Of a stretch of DNA of 64,000 nucleotides, positions 48,047 through 56,913 are shown one piece after another (the stretch's first letter is position 1; every line of letters begins with the position of its first letter). The notes below the pieces were generated by a model. That model had not been told where the DNA came from and did not search any database. It worked only from the letters and a program-made list of their open reading frames with translations. The stretch covers positions 248,001 to 312,000 of IMG/VR virus record IMGVR_UViG_3300035180_001778, one strand, 5' to 3'. The position numbers and the translations under genes are program-made.

Positions 48047-48065
48047 CCCCCATTTACACCAAGAG

Positions 48066-48764
48066 CTAGAAGCTCTCGTCGAGGTATTCCCACCACGACT
48101 TACGAGGAAGCTGGGGGCCCGAACAAGGGATCCACTTCTCATGGAGATCGCGGCCTTGAATGGTGATCCCTCGTCTGCTCGTGACCCACATGTTCCAATG
48201 TCGAACGATGGCCCGAGTCCCCTCCCAAACGGAAGCTACTTGAGCGTAGATCCGCTCCCTGTTCTTGTCCCGGCGGAAAGCCCACACCCCAGGCTTGCAC
48301 CACTCGGGGATAGGGAGAGGCGGCTTCGGGACATGAATGAGAGGATGCCCACCCTCACGAACGAAGGAGATGTCGCGGAAGTTGATCTCGTCGTCGTAGT
48401 AGACCGCGTGCTCGGTTCGGCCTCGAATACGCAGTTCGGATCCCACACTTGTAGCAAGCTCACGGGAAAAGATCGGGAGCGCCCCATTGGGCAACTGCTC
48501 AACCTGGAAGATGCGTCGAGCAATCCCCTGATAGTCACGCGCTCGGAAGATGGGCGCGGCCATCGATCTGGCTAGGCTACTTCGCCCCTCTGCCGAGTTC
48601 ATGAAGTTGGAGATGATGCTCTCTCGAAGGGACTGATGTAGTTGGGTTCCCACCGCAACAGCGCTGTCCGAGAGCATCCGGAATGGGACTGTGCATCCCA
48701 TCGAGAGACTTCGAGCCGCTGTCTCGAAGTCCATAGCTATCAGCGACACAATTCCCGGAGGCAT
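48066..48764 (-). CDS. hypothetical protein with capsid-like segment and C-terminal tag
   Basis: GRSSLARSM..RDYQGIARRIFQVEQLPNGALP; start uncertain. Confidence 0.5.
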   Translation of the reverse strand: MPPGIVSLIAMDFETAARSLSMGCTVPFRMLSDSAVAVGTQLHQSLRESIISNFMNSAEGRSSLARSMAAPIFRARDYQGIARRIFQVEQLPNGALPIFSRELATSVGSELRIRGRTEHAVYYDDEINFRDISFVREGGHPLIHVPKPPLPIPEWCKPGVWAFRRDKNRERIYAQVASVWEGTRAIVRHWNMWVTSRRGITIQGRDLHEKWIPCSGPQLPRKSWWEYLDESF

Positions 48765-49050
48765 ATCGGGAACACGGATCGGAGCTGGGGGATTCCCTCG
48801 GCGGTAGGCCCCGTTGTTCGTTCCGGGCCCGAATTCTTCGAGGGTGCTGAGAAGGTTCCGGTCTTTGGGCCCCGCTTCACTCCAGAAGTAGACCTTGGCA
48901 CGGAAGAGGTTCGCCGAAGGCTTCAGGTTGTCGACTCGCCGGGTGTTTGGATCCAGGCGGAGAGAAGCGACCCCGTCTTGAAATGGAACGCGACTTCCGG
49001 GGGCAGCTCAGATCCCACACCAAAGGCATGGGCGGAGCTACACCAGAAAT

Positions 49051-49419
49051 CTAGCCGAGGGCCTCTTCGCTCTGTTGCCCGCGCTGCTTCTTGGCCACGA
49101 CGTGGAACCCGAGCTTGACCTTCCCGCTCGTGAGGAGCGCGGTCATTCTCTCTTGCTTCCCCTCGCGGGAGATGTAGGGGGAGAGCCGGACAGCCTCGAA
49201 CATCGTCGCTGCTTGCAGCTCGGTGAGCTTCGCGATGTTGGCGGTGAACTCGGCGGTCATGTAGTCGCCTGCCACCTCGACGGGGGCATAGAGCCCAGCC
49301 CCATCGACCACGTAGGCCTTCCCATCGCGGCGCTCGACCCGATCGATCCCAAAACGGAAATCGAGGATCCCCTGGGGAGTAAGGTGTTTCTTTCCGGTAG
49401 TTTGGCGTTGTTTCGTCAC
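49051..49419 (-). CDS. hypothetical protein
   Basis: Promoter motif 49429-49455. Confidence 0.55.
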   Translation of the reverse strand: MTKQRQTTGKKHLTPQGILDFRFGIDRVERRDGKAYVVDGAGLYAPVEVAGDYMTAEFTANIAKLTELQAATMFEAVRLSPYISREGKQERMTALLTSGKVKLGFHVVAKKQRGQQSEEALG

Positions 49420-49492
49420 GGAGCATTCTACACCGGGACGCCTTCCACGATCAACCAGTTGATCCCCTGCTCGATCTATTTGTAGTGAGGGG

Positions 49493-49708
49493 ATGACCTT
49501 TCAACAGATCACCGCCCGGGCAAAAACCCAGAATTTCAAGGTAGAGAAGACATCTGGGGGACACTGGAAATTCACACCCCCAACGAAGGGGGCCGAGATC
49601 GTGATCACGTCGGGAACCCCGAGCGATCATCGATCCATAGACAATTTCCTGGCACGCATGCGTCGGAGCGGGTTCAACGACGGCCGACGTCGTCAGCATC
49701 ACGGCTGA
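49493..49708 (+). CDS. HicA-like small protein
   Basis: GGHWKF..VITSGTPSD. Confidence 0.6.
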   Translation: MTFQQITARAKTQNFKVEKTSGGHWKFTPPTKGAEIVITSGTPSDHRSIDNFLARMRRSGFNDGRRRQHHG

Positions 49709-49738
49709 GTCTTGGGGGATCGGTGTAAGATCCCCAAG

Positions 49739-50002
49739 ATGGACAAGATGCGCGTCGTGCCATGGCAATCCGTCCGAGACGGATCGGTGTCCTGGAAGGC
49801 GGTCAAGTGTAGAAGGTGTCACGTCTGGGACGGAACCTCCTACGCGGGCCAGCCCGAAGGGCCTGAGCTAGCCATCATCAAGCTCGAAGATCACTTCCTG
49901 GAGATGCAGTGCCGGGCCACGCTCTTCGATGGCAAGTGGGAGTTCCTGTGGAACTTGCATCTGTTCCTGTGGGCCCCGAAGACGGCTTGGGAACAGCTCT
50001 AA
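49739..50002 (+). CDS. hypothetical protein with C-terminal tag
   Basis: Ends PKTAWEQL. Confidence 0.55.
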   Translation: MDKMRVVPWQSVRDGSVSWKAVKCRRCHVWDGTSYAGQPEGPELAIIKLEDHFLEMQCRATLFDGKWEFLWNLHLFLWAPKTAWEQL

Positions 50003-50011
50003 GGAGTATGT

Positions 50012-50419
50012 GTGTTTGGTACCCTCGTAGCGAAGTCTGGGAGTTTCAAGATCGGTTCAGGTGAATTCGAGTTCACTCGTGTGGAGACCCCCACCCGCAA
50101 GGGAGTAATACACTGGGATCGTGTTTCGTGCGAAGTGCTTACTTTTACTGCGGCGGGGGAATACTTCTTCCTTGGGGGAAAGGAGGTTTCAGCTTCTCTC
50201 GACGAGTTCTCCGCCGTCGCGAATGAAGAAGACGAGTTTTACGAGGGCCCGTTTCTGCTTCTTCGAGGAGAACAACCTGAAGTCAGGGAGGGGGCAACAC
50301 AGATTCTTCATCTGGTGCTTGCGCGTGTTCTTACGTACCCGTCGGAAATGTCCCAGACGGAGTTGTTTGACGCTGTACGATCGGTTGATCGGAATCCCTC
50401 TCGATCTGTAGGAGACTGA
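50012..50419 (+). CDS. hypothetical protein
   Basis: ORF. Confidence 0.5.
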   Translation: MFGTLVAKSGSFKIGSGEFEFTRVETPTRKGVIHWDRVSCEVLTFTAAGEYFFLGGKEVSASLDEFSAVANEEDEFYEGPFLLLRGEQPEVREGATQILHLVLARVLTYPSEMSQTELFDAVRSVDRNPSRSVGD

Positions 50420-50421
50420 CC

Positions 50422-50718
50422 ATGTACGACATTGTCAAAGGCACCCGCATTCGGGCCGAAGTCTTCAGAGCAAAGGAGCTGGGCACGTACTCCATCGCTG
50501 GAGCCCAACCCAAGGTGATTGGCGACTTCATCACCGTCGTGGGCAAGGTGACGCACATCTACGGCGACCACCCCACGGCTCCGACCAAGTACGAGATCCA
50601 CGTCCAGCCGGATGACGGTGGGCCTGAAGTCGTCATCGGCGAGAGCTGCATCCGCGCGATTCAGCCCGCGCGCGATTCAGCCCGCGGTCGGTTGATCCGA
50701 AACCTCCTACTCCTGTAG
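50422..50718 (+). CDS. hypothetical protein (16-bp duplication near 3' end)
   Basis: Promoter motif and AGGAG RBS. Confidence 0.55.
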   Translation: MYDIVKGTRIRAEVFRAKELGTYSIAGAQPKVIGDFITVVGKVTHIYGDHPTAPTKYEIHVQPDDGGPEVVIGESCIRAIQPARDSARGRLIRNLLLL

Positions 50719-50726
50719 AGACGAAC

Positions 50727-52055
50727 ATGCGATTCCCCCTCTCCCTCGACTGTACCAACCTTCCCAACTGGGGTGCCCGTGAGGGTATCCGCAAGCTTCT
50801 CCAGAACGGGGTCGACGCCGAAACGGAGTTCTCCGCTCCCCTCAACGTGAGCTACCGCAAGGAAACGGCCAAGCTCGTCATCAAGAACGACGGGACCGTG
50901 ATCCCGCTCAAGGCTCTTCTCACGGGCTTCACCACGAAGCGTGGCAAGAAGGGTCTTCGCGGCCAGTACGGCGAGGGTCTCCCCCAAGGCGTGCTCTCGC
51001 TCCTCCGAGCGGGGCATTCGGTGAAGATCCGCTCGGGGTCCGAAGTCTGGGTCCCCAGCATCGAAGCTCACGAGCAAGCGGGAGCGGACGTTCTGGTCTT
51101 CAACATCTCGAAGGGGCACAAGGACGAGAACCGGGTTGCCATCGAGATCGGCAACATCTCGGAAGAGACCTACAAGGCCCTTCCGGAGCACTTCCTGTTC
51201 TTGTCGAAGGAGACGACCAGCGACCGCGTGAAGACGTCCATGGGTACGCTCCTGCTCGACAAGCGCTATGCTGGCAACATCTACGCGCAGGGCATCTGGG
51301 TCTGCAACGACCCCAAGCTCACCATGGGCTACGACTTCTCGGACATCGAGACGGATCGTGATCGGAAGATGGTCGCCAGCTACGACCTCCAGCTCCACTG
51401 CCGTCGCGTCTGGCAAGAGGCTCTGGCCACGCGGCCGGACCTCGTGAAGAAGTTCATCGTGCTCCTCAACGAGCAAGCTCCGGACGTCGAGGGTATCGAC
51501 GCCTACAGCACCTACGCCTTCTCGGATGAAGTGAAGACTGCCGTGGCGGCCGACTTCACGGAGAAGCACGGCAAGGACGCCGTCCCGGTTCGGTCGCTTC
51601 TGGAGAGCGCCGAAGTCGAGCACCTCGGCCGCACGGGTCGCATCGTCCCCATGCCCCTCAAGGCGATCCTGGAGTCCGTGCTCGGGACGGTCGAGCAAGT
51701 CAAAGAGCGGTTCCGCTCGGAGGCGCAGCGGCTCTACGGCTGGTCGGAGCTGGGTGTGGTCGAGAAGACGCACCTGGAGCAGGCCATCGCCCTCGTGACC
51801 AAGGAAGAGGAGGTCACTCTCGGGGACATCGACATCACGGACTTCCGCGATCCGGGTCTCCGCGGCCTCTACCGCGACGGGAAGATCCTGCTCTCGAAGA
51901 GCATCCTGGCGGATCGGGATCTGACGCTTCGGGTTCTCGTTCACGAAGTCGCGCACCGTTCGGGAGGCGACGGCGAGAAGGGTCACGTCTCCGAGATCGA
52001 GCGCATCTGGGCCGGGATCACTGGCCAGCTCCGCAACCTGGTGGGTAACGTCTGA
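50727..52055 (+). CDS. GHKL ATPase-like domain plus HExxH metallopeptidase
   Basis: LLQNGVD, NDG, GQYGEGL, HEVAH. Confidence 0.75.
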   Translation: MRFPLSLDCTNLPNWGAREGIRKLLQNGVDAETEFSAPLNVSYRKETAKLVIKNDGTVIPLKALLTGFTTKRGKKGLRGQYGEGLPQGVLSLLRAGHSVKIRSGSEVWVPSIEAHEQAGADVLVFNISKGHKDENRVAIEIGNISEETYKALPEHFLFLSKETTSDRVKTSMGTLLLDKRYAGNIYAQGIWVCNDPKLTMGYDFSDIETDRDRKMVASYDLQLHCRRVWQEALATRPDLVKKFIVLLNEQAPDVEGIDAYSTYAFSDEVKTAVAADFTEKHGKDAVPVRSLLESAEVEHLGRTGRIVPMPLKAILESVLGTVEQVKERFRSEAQRLYGWSELGVVEKTHLEQAIALVTKEEEVTLGDIDITDFRDPGLRGLYRDGKILLSKSILADRDLTLRVLVHEVAHRSGGDGEKGHVSEIERIWAGITGQLRNLVGNV

Positions 52056-52191
52056 TGCTGATGTACGTTCTTTCGGGTGTGATCGGAGGGGTCATCGGAT
52101 CCCTCCTCACGGGGGCGGTTGCCTACTACCTCATCAACAAAGTCCTCGCAGGGGTCTTGAAGGCCTTCGGGGACATCAAGACGAGCGCGAA

Positions 52192-52562
52192 ATGAAACCC
52201 GATAAAACGTGCAACGACCCTCCCGAGGTACCGACGGAGCCCGTGTTTCAGACGGTGCTCTACCAGAGCTGGGAGGAGAGCGAGCGTGGCTGGGGGAGGC
52301 GGCCTGATGGGTTCTCCCTGCATCTCCCTGCATCTCCCTGCATCTCACCGCAGCCCATCGGAAAGAGTATCTCGCGGCACTCAACAAGAACAAGCTGTCC
52401 TACGTGCCGGATGAGTACGAAACTCCGGCCGGCGAGCCGATCGAAGTCGAGGTCCCTGTCGAGGTCGTGCGCTACCTCCGCGAAAAAGGCGGGAATATCC
52501 GCAGCTACGAGAAGGTGGCGATCGTCACCCGCCGGATGTTGACGGGCTTCAAGATCGGCTGA
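52192..52562 (+). pseudogene. hypothetical protein frameshifted by a 10-bp triplication
   Basis: WEESERGWG.RPDGFSLH followed by tctccctgca x3. Confidence 0.55.
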
Positions 52563-52615
52563 CGAAATTCTCAGAGCGAGGTTGATCGGTGGCAGCCTCG
52601 CTCTGTAGAGAACCC

Positions 52616-52912
52616 ATGAGCCGCAACCTACATGTCGAGACCACCATCCTCGTTGACCGTGATGGTGAAGAAGTGGAAGTCACGCTGAAGGGCGAGGTTT
52701 CCCCCGGGGTTGCAGGCCGTTACACGGGCGCCCCCGAGAACTGCTACCCCTCCGAGGACCCGGAAGTCCAGGACTACTCGGCGACCGTTGATGGCCAGCC
52801 CTTCGAGCTGGACGCGGACGAGAAGAAGGACGCCGAAGAGGCCCTGATCGATAGGGCCAGCGAAGACGACCTCTGCGGTCCGGACGGCGATTCGGACGAC
52901 GCCGACTACTGA
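52616..52912 (+). CDS. acidic hypothetical protein
   Basis: Promoter motif; GAPENCYPSE. Confidence 0.6.
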   Translation: MSRNLHVETTILVDRDGEEVEVTLKGEVSPGVAGRYTGAPENCYPSEDPEVQDYSATVDGQPFELDADEKKDAEEALIDRASEDDLCGPDGDSDDADY

Positions 52913-53166
52913 AAGAAAGAGGACGCGAATGCTCGCTCTACTACAGTTTGCCCCGCGCTGAAAACGGGGCTGAAAGGGCTGACAACCCCGGAACCTACGT
53001 GCGGCGCACATGTAGGCCCGACGATGAAGAAAGCCGGGAGATCGTGGGATCTCCCGGCTTTCTTCATTTCCAAGGGTCCGCCGCAGACTTTCGAAAAGTA
53101 TCGCGAGTGAGTTGATCGGGACGACCCACAAAGTGTACAGGAGACAAGAAAGACGAGGATACGAAA

Positions 53167-54102
53167 ATGACGAAGCCGACCACGAAGAAGACCAAGACCT
53201 CCGGCCGCTCCGCGACGCAGCGGATGACCGACAGCAAGATCGACGCGACGGCGGGTTCGATCGTGAACGTCCCGGTGAACGACATAACGTTCGCCCCCAA
53301 GGGTTCGGCTCTGGCCCACCCCCGCGAGCACTACCCGATCAACGAGGCCCTTCGCGACGACATCGTCAAGAACGGCGTGCAGAAGCCGATCAAGGTTCGC
53401 GACGACGGGAACGACTCGAACGGCAAGCGGATCCTGACCTTGGTTGACGGCGCTCAGCGGACCATCAACGGCAAGGCGGCTCAGGCCATCCTTGTGGAGC
53501 GCGGGCTCCTCGCGAAGGCTGGCAACGTCCTCCGCGTCAAGGTGGTGTTCGTCACGGGGAGCGATGCGGAGTGCCTCCTGGAGCGTCTCCGGAGCAACAC
53601 CGACCCGCTGAAGGTGGCCGACAGCCTCAGCGTGCTCTCCGCCACCTTCATTCAGCTCGACCTGCTGGGTGTGTCCGTTTCGGAGATGGTCGCGGTCGCC
53701 CCCAAGGGCATCGGGCCCCGGGAGATCGACGCTCTCCTCCGCTTCGGCAACCTCCTCCCGGAGGTTCAGATCCGGTTCGACAACGGCTCGGCTCCGGTCG
53801 GGCTCCTCTCCGCGGTGCTCGATGCCTCGCGGAACGAGCAGGGGAAGAAGCTCGACGAGCTGCTCTCCGCTGGGGTGAAGACCGGGAAGGGCGCCACGCG
53901 GGCCCAGAACAAGGCGGATGGCAAGACGGAGCGCCCGCATCCCGCCAAGGTCCGGAAGCTCATCGCGGCTCTGGAGGCTCTCCCGGGTAGCACGCAAGTC
54001 GAGGGGATCATCCTCGGCCTCAAGCTCTCGCTCGGAGAGAACTTCCCCCTTCACCTCCCCAAGGACGTGAAGGACGCTCTCTCGGGAGTTCTGAGCAAGT
54101 GA
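53167..54102 (+). CDS. ParB-like protein
   Basis: HPR..LRDDIVKNGVQKPI..LVDGAQR, then HTH-like region. Confidence 0.75.
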   Translation: MTKPTTKKTKTSGRSATQRMTDSKIDATAGSIVNVPVNDITFAPKGSALAHPREHYPINEALRDDIVKNGVQKPIKVRDDGNDSNGKRILTLVDGAQRTINGKAAQAILVERGLLAKAGNVLRVKVVFVTGSDAECLLERLRSNTDPLKVADSLSVLSATFIQLDLLGVSVSEMVAVAPKGIGPREIDALLRFGNLLPEVQIRFDNGSAPVGLLSAVLDASRNEQGKKLDELLSAGVKTGKGATRAQNKADGKTERPHPAKVRKLIAALEALPGSTQVEGIILGLKLSLGENFPLHLPKDVKDALSGVLSK

Positions 54103-54160
54103 ACGGAAGAGGGGTGCGGAGGTTGATCCTCCCACCCCTCTTGGTGTACGTAGAAGTAAC

Positions 54161-54233
54161 GCTCCCGTAGCTCAATTGGCTGAGCAGCGGATTTCAAATC
54201 TGTTGTATAGGGGTTCGAGTCCCCTCGGGAGCA
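54161..54233 (+). tRNA. opal suppressor tRNA (anticodon TCA)
   Basis: GCGGA-TTTCAAA-TCTGT, 7-bp acceptor, short variable loop, own promoter 54122-54149. Confidence 0.85.
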
Positions 54234-54246
54234 TTCGGAGAAGACA

Positions 54247-54534
54247 ATGAGCGCAACGACGGACGACGAAGATCGAAAAAAGGCACCTCTCCGAAAGGTC
54301 TTCTCGATCTACTGGTACGTGAAGGCCGAGGGGGTGGTGTTCGGCCCTAACTGGGGGGACTACACGGATATCAATCCTGCGGTACACGACCATGGCTCTG
54401 ATCCCATCGTTGAGAACAGACTCGGGATGTACCAACCCTCAGATATCCTCGAAGCCAAGGAGATCCTGCGATCCAAAGGCTTCAAGAACGTTCGCGCCGT
54501 GAAGGTCACGGTCTATCGGAAGCAGCGGGGCTAG
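54247..54534 (+). CDS. hypothetical protein
   Basis: GGAG RBS, ORF. Confidence 0.5.
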   Translation: MSATTDDEDRKKAPLRKVFSIYWYVKAEGVVFGPNWGDYTDINPAVHDHGSDPIVENRLGMYQPSDILEAKEILRSKGFKNVRAVKVTVYRKQRG

Positions 54535-54848
54535 ACCAGCGCGAGAGGAAGTCTCTGAAGGAGCTTCCTGCCATTCGGCTCGATGGCAATGGCCGTCATC
54601 TCATTCTGCCGATCGGGTTCATGGAAGACCGAGCACTTGATGTCTCGGTCTTCTGCCTTTTGTACCAGCTTCCTGAGCGCCATCTCATCCGGCACGGCCT
54701 TGAGGATGAGGTAGTTCGAGGTCTTGTACCACTCCCGATCGATCTCGGGATGTTGGTCGACGAACTCCCGGAAAGCGTGAGCCGCTTGAATGGCCTGTTG
54801 CCCGGCGGGAAGGTCGCTGCGTGTGACGAGGAAGAGCTTCTGATTCAC
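54531..54848 (-). CDS. peptidyl-tRNA hydrolase, Pth2-like
   Basis: RSDLPAGQQAIQAAHA, FHEPD, TAIAIEP, LPLAL. Confidence 0.85.
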   Translation of the reverse strand: MNQKLFLVTRSDLPAGQQAIQAAHAFREFVDQHPEIDREWYKTSNYLILKAVPDEMALRKLVQKAEDRDIKCSVFHEPDRQNEMTAIAIEPNGRKLLQRLPLALV

Positions 54849-55114
54849 CTGAACACCTGTAGGGAGGAAGAAGGCTTCCTCTTGGCGGCCCGCTGGAGAG
54901 CGCTATCCTCTGGACATGCCCTCAACGTGGACCGAATACGAAGTCGAAAACGAGACACCCAACCGCCGTGTTCGGCGAGCTATGCGCAAGCACAAGGCTC
55001 GCCCCGGAGTGACCGTGATCGTGTGCTCGCGACCCTCAGCTCCCCACGCACAACCTGACCACCCACCCTCAAGGCGGTTCGGCGATGAATGCTGCCGCTG
55101 GGAAGAAGCCATAG

Positions 55115-55396
55115 CTACGCAGCCGCCTCAGCAACCGAGTCCTCGGCACGGAGGAAGGCCTCTGCTTCCGTGATCAGCGCCTTGAGCTTGCAGTCTTCGG
55201 CGTGGCCGAACGTGAGCTTGCTGCGACGGCTCTCGTTCGTGGAACCAGGCTGAAGGCCGTCGCACGAGGAACACTGCACGATCGAATCGGAGCAGCACCC
55301 ACGCCCACAAGGAACCCGCACGTCGACCCACTCGTGCTCGACGGCGATTTCGAGGAGGTCCCGGATGATGTCCGCGGTCGTCCGGACTTCTTCCAT
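55115..55396 (-). CDS. Cys-rich hypothetical protein
   Basis: ORF MEEVRTT. Confidence 0.5.
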   Translation of the reverse strand: MEEVRTTADIIRDLLEIAVEHEWVDVRVPCGRGCCSDSIVQCSSCDGLQPGSTNESRRSKLTFGHAEDCKLKALITEAEAFLRAEDSVAEAAA

Positions 55397-55925
55397 CAGA
55401 CCCGAGCCTCCTCGATAGCCTGCGTCTCCGCCGCCTTCATCACGAGCCGGGCCAGATGCCAGGTCATGGGGGCGGGGCCGCCAGCAAGCCACGCGGTGAC
55501 CGCTGCCCGCGTCCAGGAGCCAGCCGCGAGGCTGGCATACTCCTCGATGGCCTGGAGGATGTTCGTGACCGAGGGGCCGTTCTCGGGGCCACACAGAGCG
55601 CCTCCATGCTCTGGTACGTCCGACCCCGAAGAGCCACGTACGCCAGCATGAGGTAACGAGCCGTGTCGCCTTCGAGCCGCTTGTTGTCCCAGAGCGCGTA
55701 CCGCGCCGGGCCCGTTTCCGGCCGGTGGAAGGGCTTCAGGTCCTTCTTACCGGGAGAAGGGTAGTTCGTCCCGCGGGTCAATTCCCGACCCTGACGGACC
55801 TTCGCCAGCTCCTCGATCCCGCCAGCCTTCCACTTGAGGCTGTTGATGTCGTTCCGGATGCCCCGGATGACTTCGTTCTGGTTCTTGATGTCCTGCTTCA
55901 ACGCCGCCGCATTCATGTTCTTCAT
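55396..55925 (-). CDS. hypothetical protein (frameshift near 55590)
   Basis: ARYLMLAYVALRGRTY motif; AGGAG RBS. Confidence 0.6.
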
Positions 55926-56023
55926 GATCTCTCTCCTGTAATTTGTTCGGAAGTGACCGGACACGAACCAGGAAAGGGCGGGGCGCGAGCGACTTGGTGT
56001 ATTCAGGCTTCGTAGAACTTCAT
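55922..56023 (-). promoter_or_regulatory. UGA-interrupted leader ORF with RAPP motif and RBS-sequestering hairpin
   Basis: MKFYEA*IHQVARAPPFPG...ERS*; final TGA overlaps the next ATG. Confidence 0.65.
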
Positions 56024-56056
56024 GGTGGACCTACCTTACGGAGTTTTTGGGGGCTG

Positions 56057-56311
56057 TCAAGAAAAGATATCGTCTTCGAGTAGGACTGTCCAAGCGGTCG
56101 GCCTGTGGGTTCTGTCCCACTCCCACAAAAGCTTGAGGTCGAGGTGAATGGGCTGGAAGCCCTGCTTGTCCCGCTGCTTGCTGACGAAGAAGCTCATCGT
56201 GCTGGAGGACGGCATGGGGGTGTCTCGATGTAGACGGACCACCATTGAGGTGTCGTACAAGATCGAGGCACCGCCCGGAATGCGGTCATTCTGGTTAGGC
56301 ACCGATCTCAT
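56057..56311 (-). CDS. hypothetical protein with C-terminal tag
   Basis: Ends PTAWTVLLEDDIFS. Confidence 0.55.
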   Translation of the reverse strand: MRSVPNQNDRIPGGASILYDTSMVVRLHRDTPMPSSSTMSFFVSKQRDKQGFQPIHLDLKLLWEWDRTHRPTAWTVLLEDDIFS

Positions 56312-56567
56312 CCTCTTTCAAGATTACAGCCCAAGCCGTCGTAGACTTCTTGAGTGGCTTCTTGGGCTTACCTCTTCTCGGGAGGAGGTAAACGAAACCC
56401 CCTCGGGGTCCACCTCCAGGAAGCCGTTGAAGCTCCTTGCTTTGGCAAAGGAGCCTGAGACATGAAGACACGGACGCGACGTTCCCGCCGATGTGCCTTG
56501 CGATCTCTGTGGCGGTCCAACCTTCATGGACTGCCACAGAAGCCAGGATGTCGGTCCGGATGCTCAC
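56295..56567 (-). CDS. winged-HTH protein with C-terminal tag
   Basis: TATEIARHIG..SVSSCLRLL; ends TTAWAVILKEDE. Confidence 0.6.
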   Translation of the reverse strand: MSIRTDILASVAVHEGWTATEIARHIGGNVASVSSCLRLLCQSKELQRLPGGGPRGGFVYLLPRRGKPKKPLKKSTTAWAVILKEDEIGA

Positions 56568-56875
56568 GCAGAACCGACGGTCTGGGACCCGCCGAAGATC
56601 CTGTCGTAGTTCTGCCGGTATGCCGGGGTGGCGACCTGCGCCGGGCCGTGACGGTACTCATCGACGACCTTGAAGCCGGGGCCGTTCTCGCGGGCCTCCA
56701 GGGTCATCATGGTGGCGCCTTCCGGGATGGGCTGTCCATCTTTGACGTCGACCACCGTCCCGAAGGACACCTCGCAGCCGGAGGTGTGCCGAATCGCAGG
56801 ACGCATGCCGTTCCCGAGATCCGGGCCGAGCATGACCACATCTTCCATCGGGCACTTTTTCTCGTCGTTGCTCAT
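56564..56875 (-). CDS. hypothetical protein
   Basis: GPAQVATPAYRQNYDRIFG; GGTGTA element upstream. Confidence 0.6.
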   Translation of the reverse strand: MSNDEKKCPMEDVVMLGPDLGNGMRPAIRHTSGCEVSFGTVVDVKDGQPIPEGATMMTLEARENGPGFKVVDEYRHGPAQVATPAYRQNYDRIFGGSQTVGSA

Positions 56876-56913
56876 GCTAGTAGAGTACACCAAAGCCCTT
56901 GGTGTAGAGGCGG

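Noticed and set aside
54161-54233. tRNA-Sec
   Set aside because: Short variable loop and standard 7/5 stems; tRNA-Sec needs a long arm and extended acceptor
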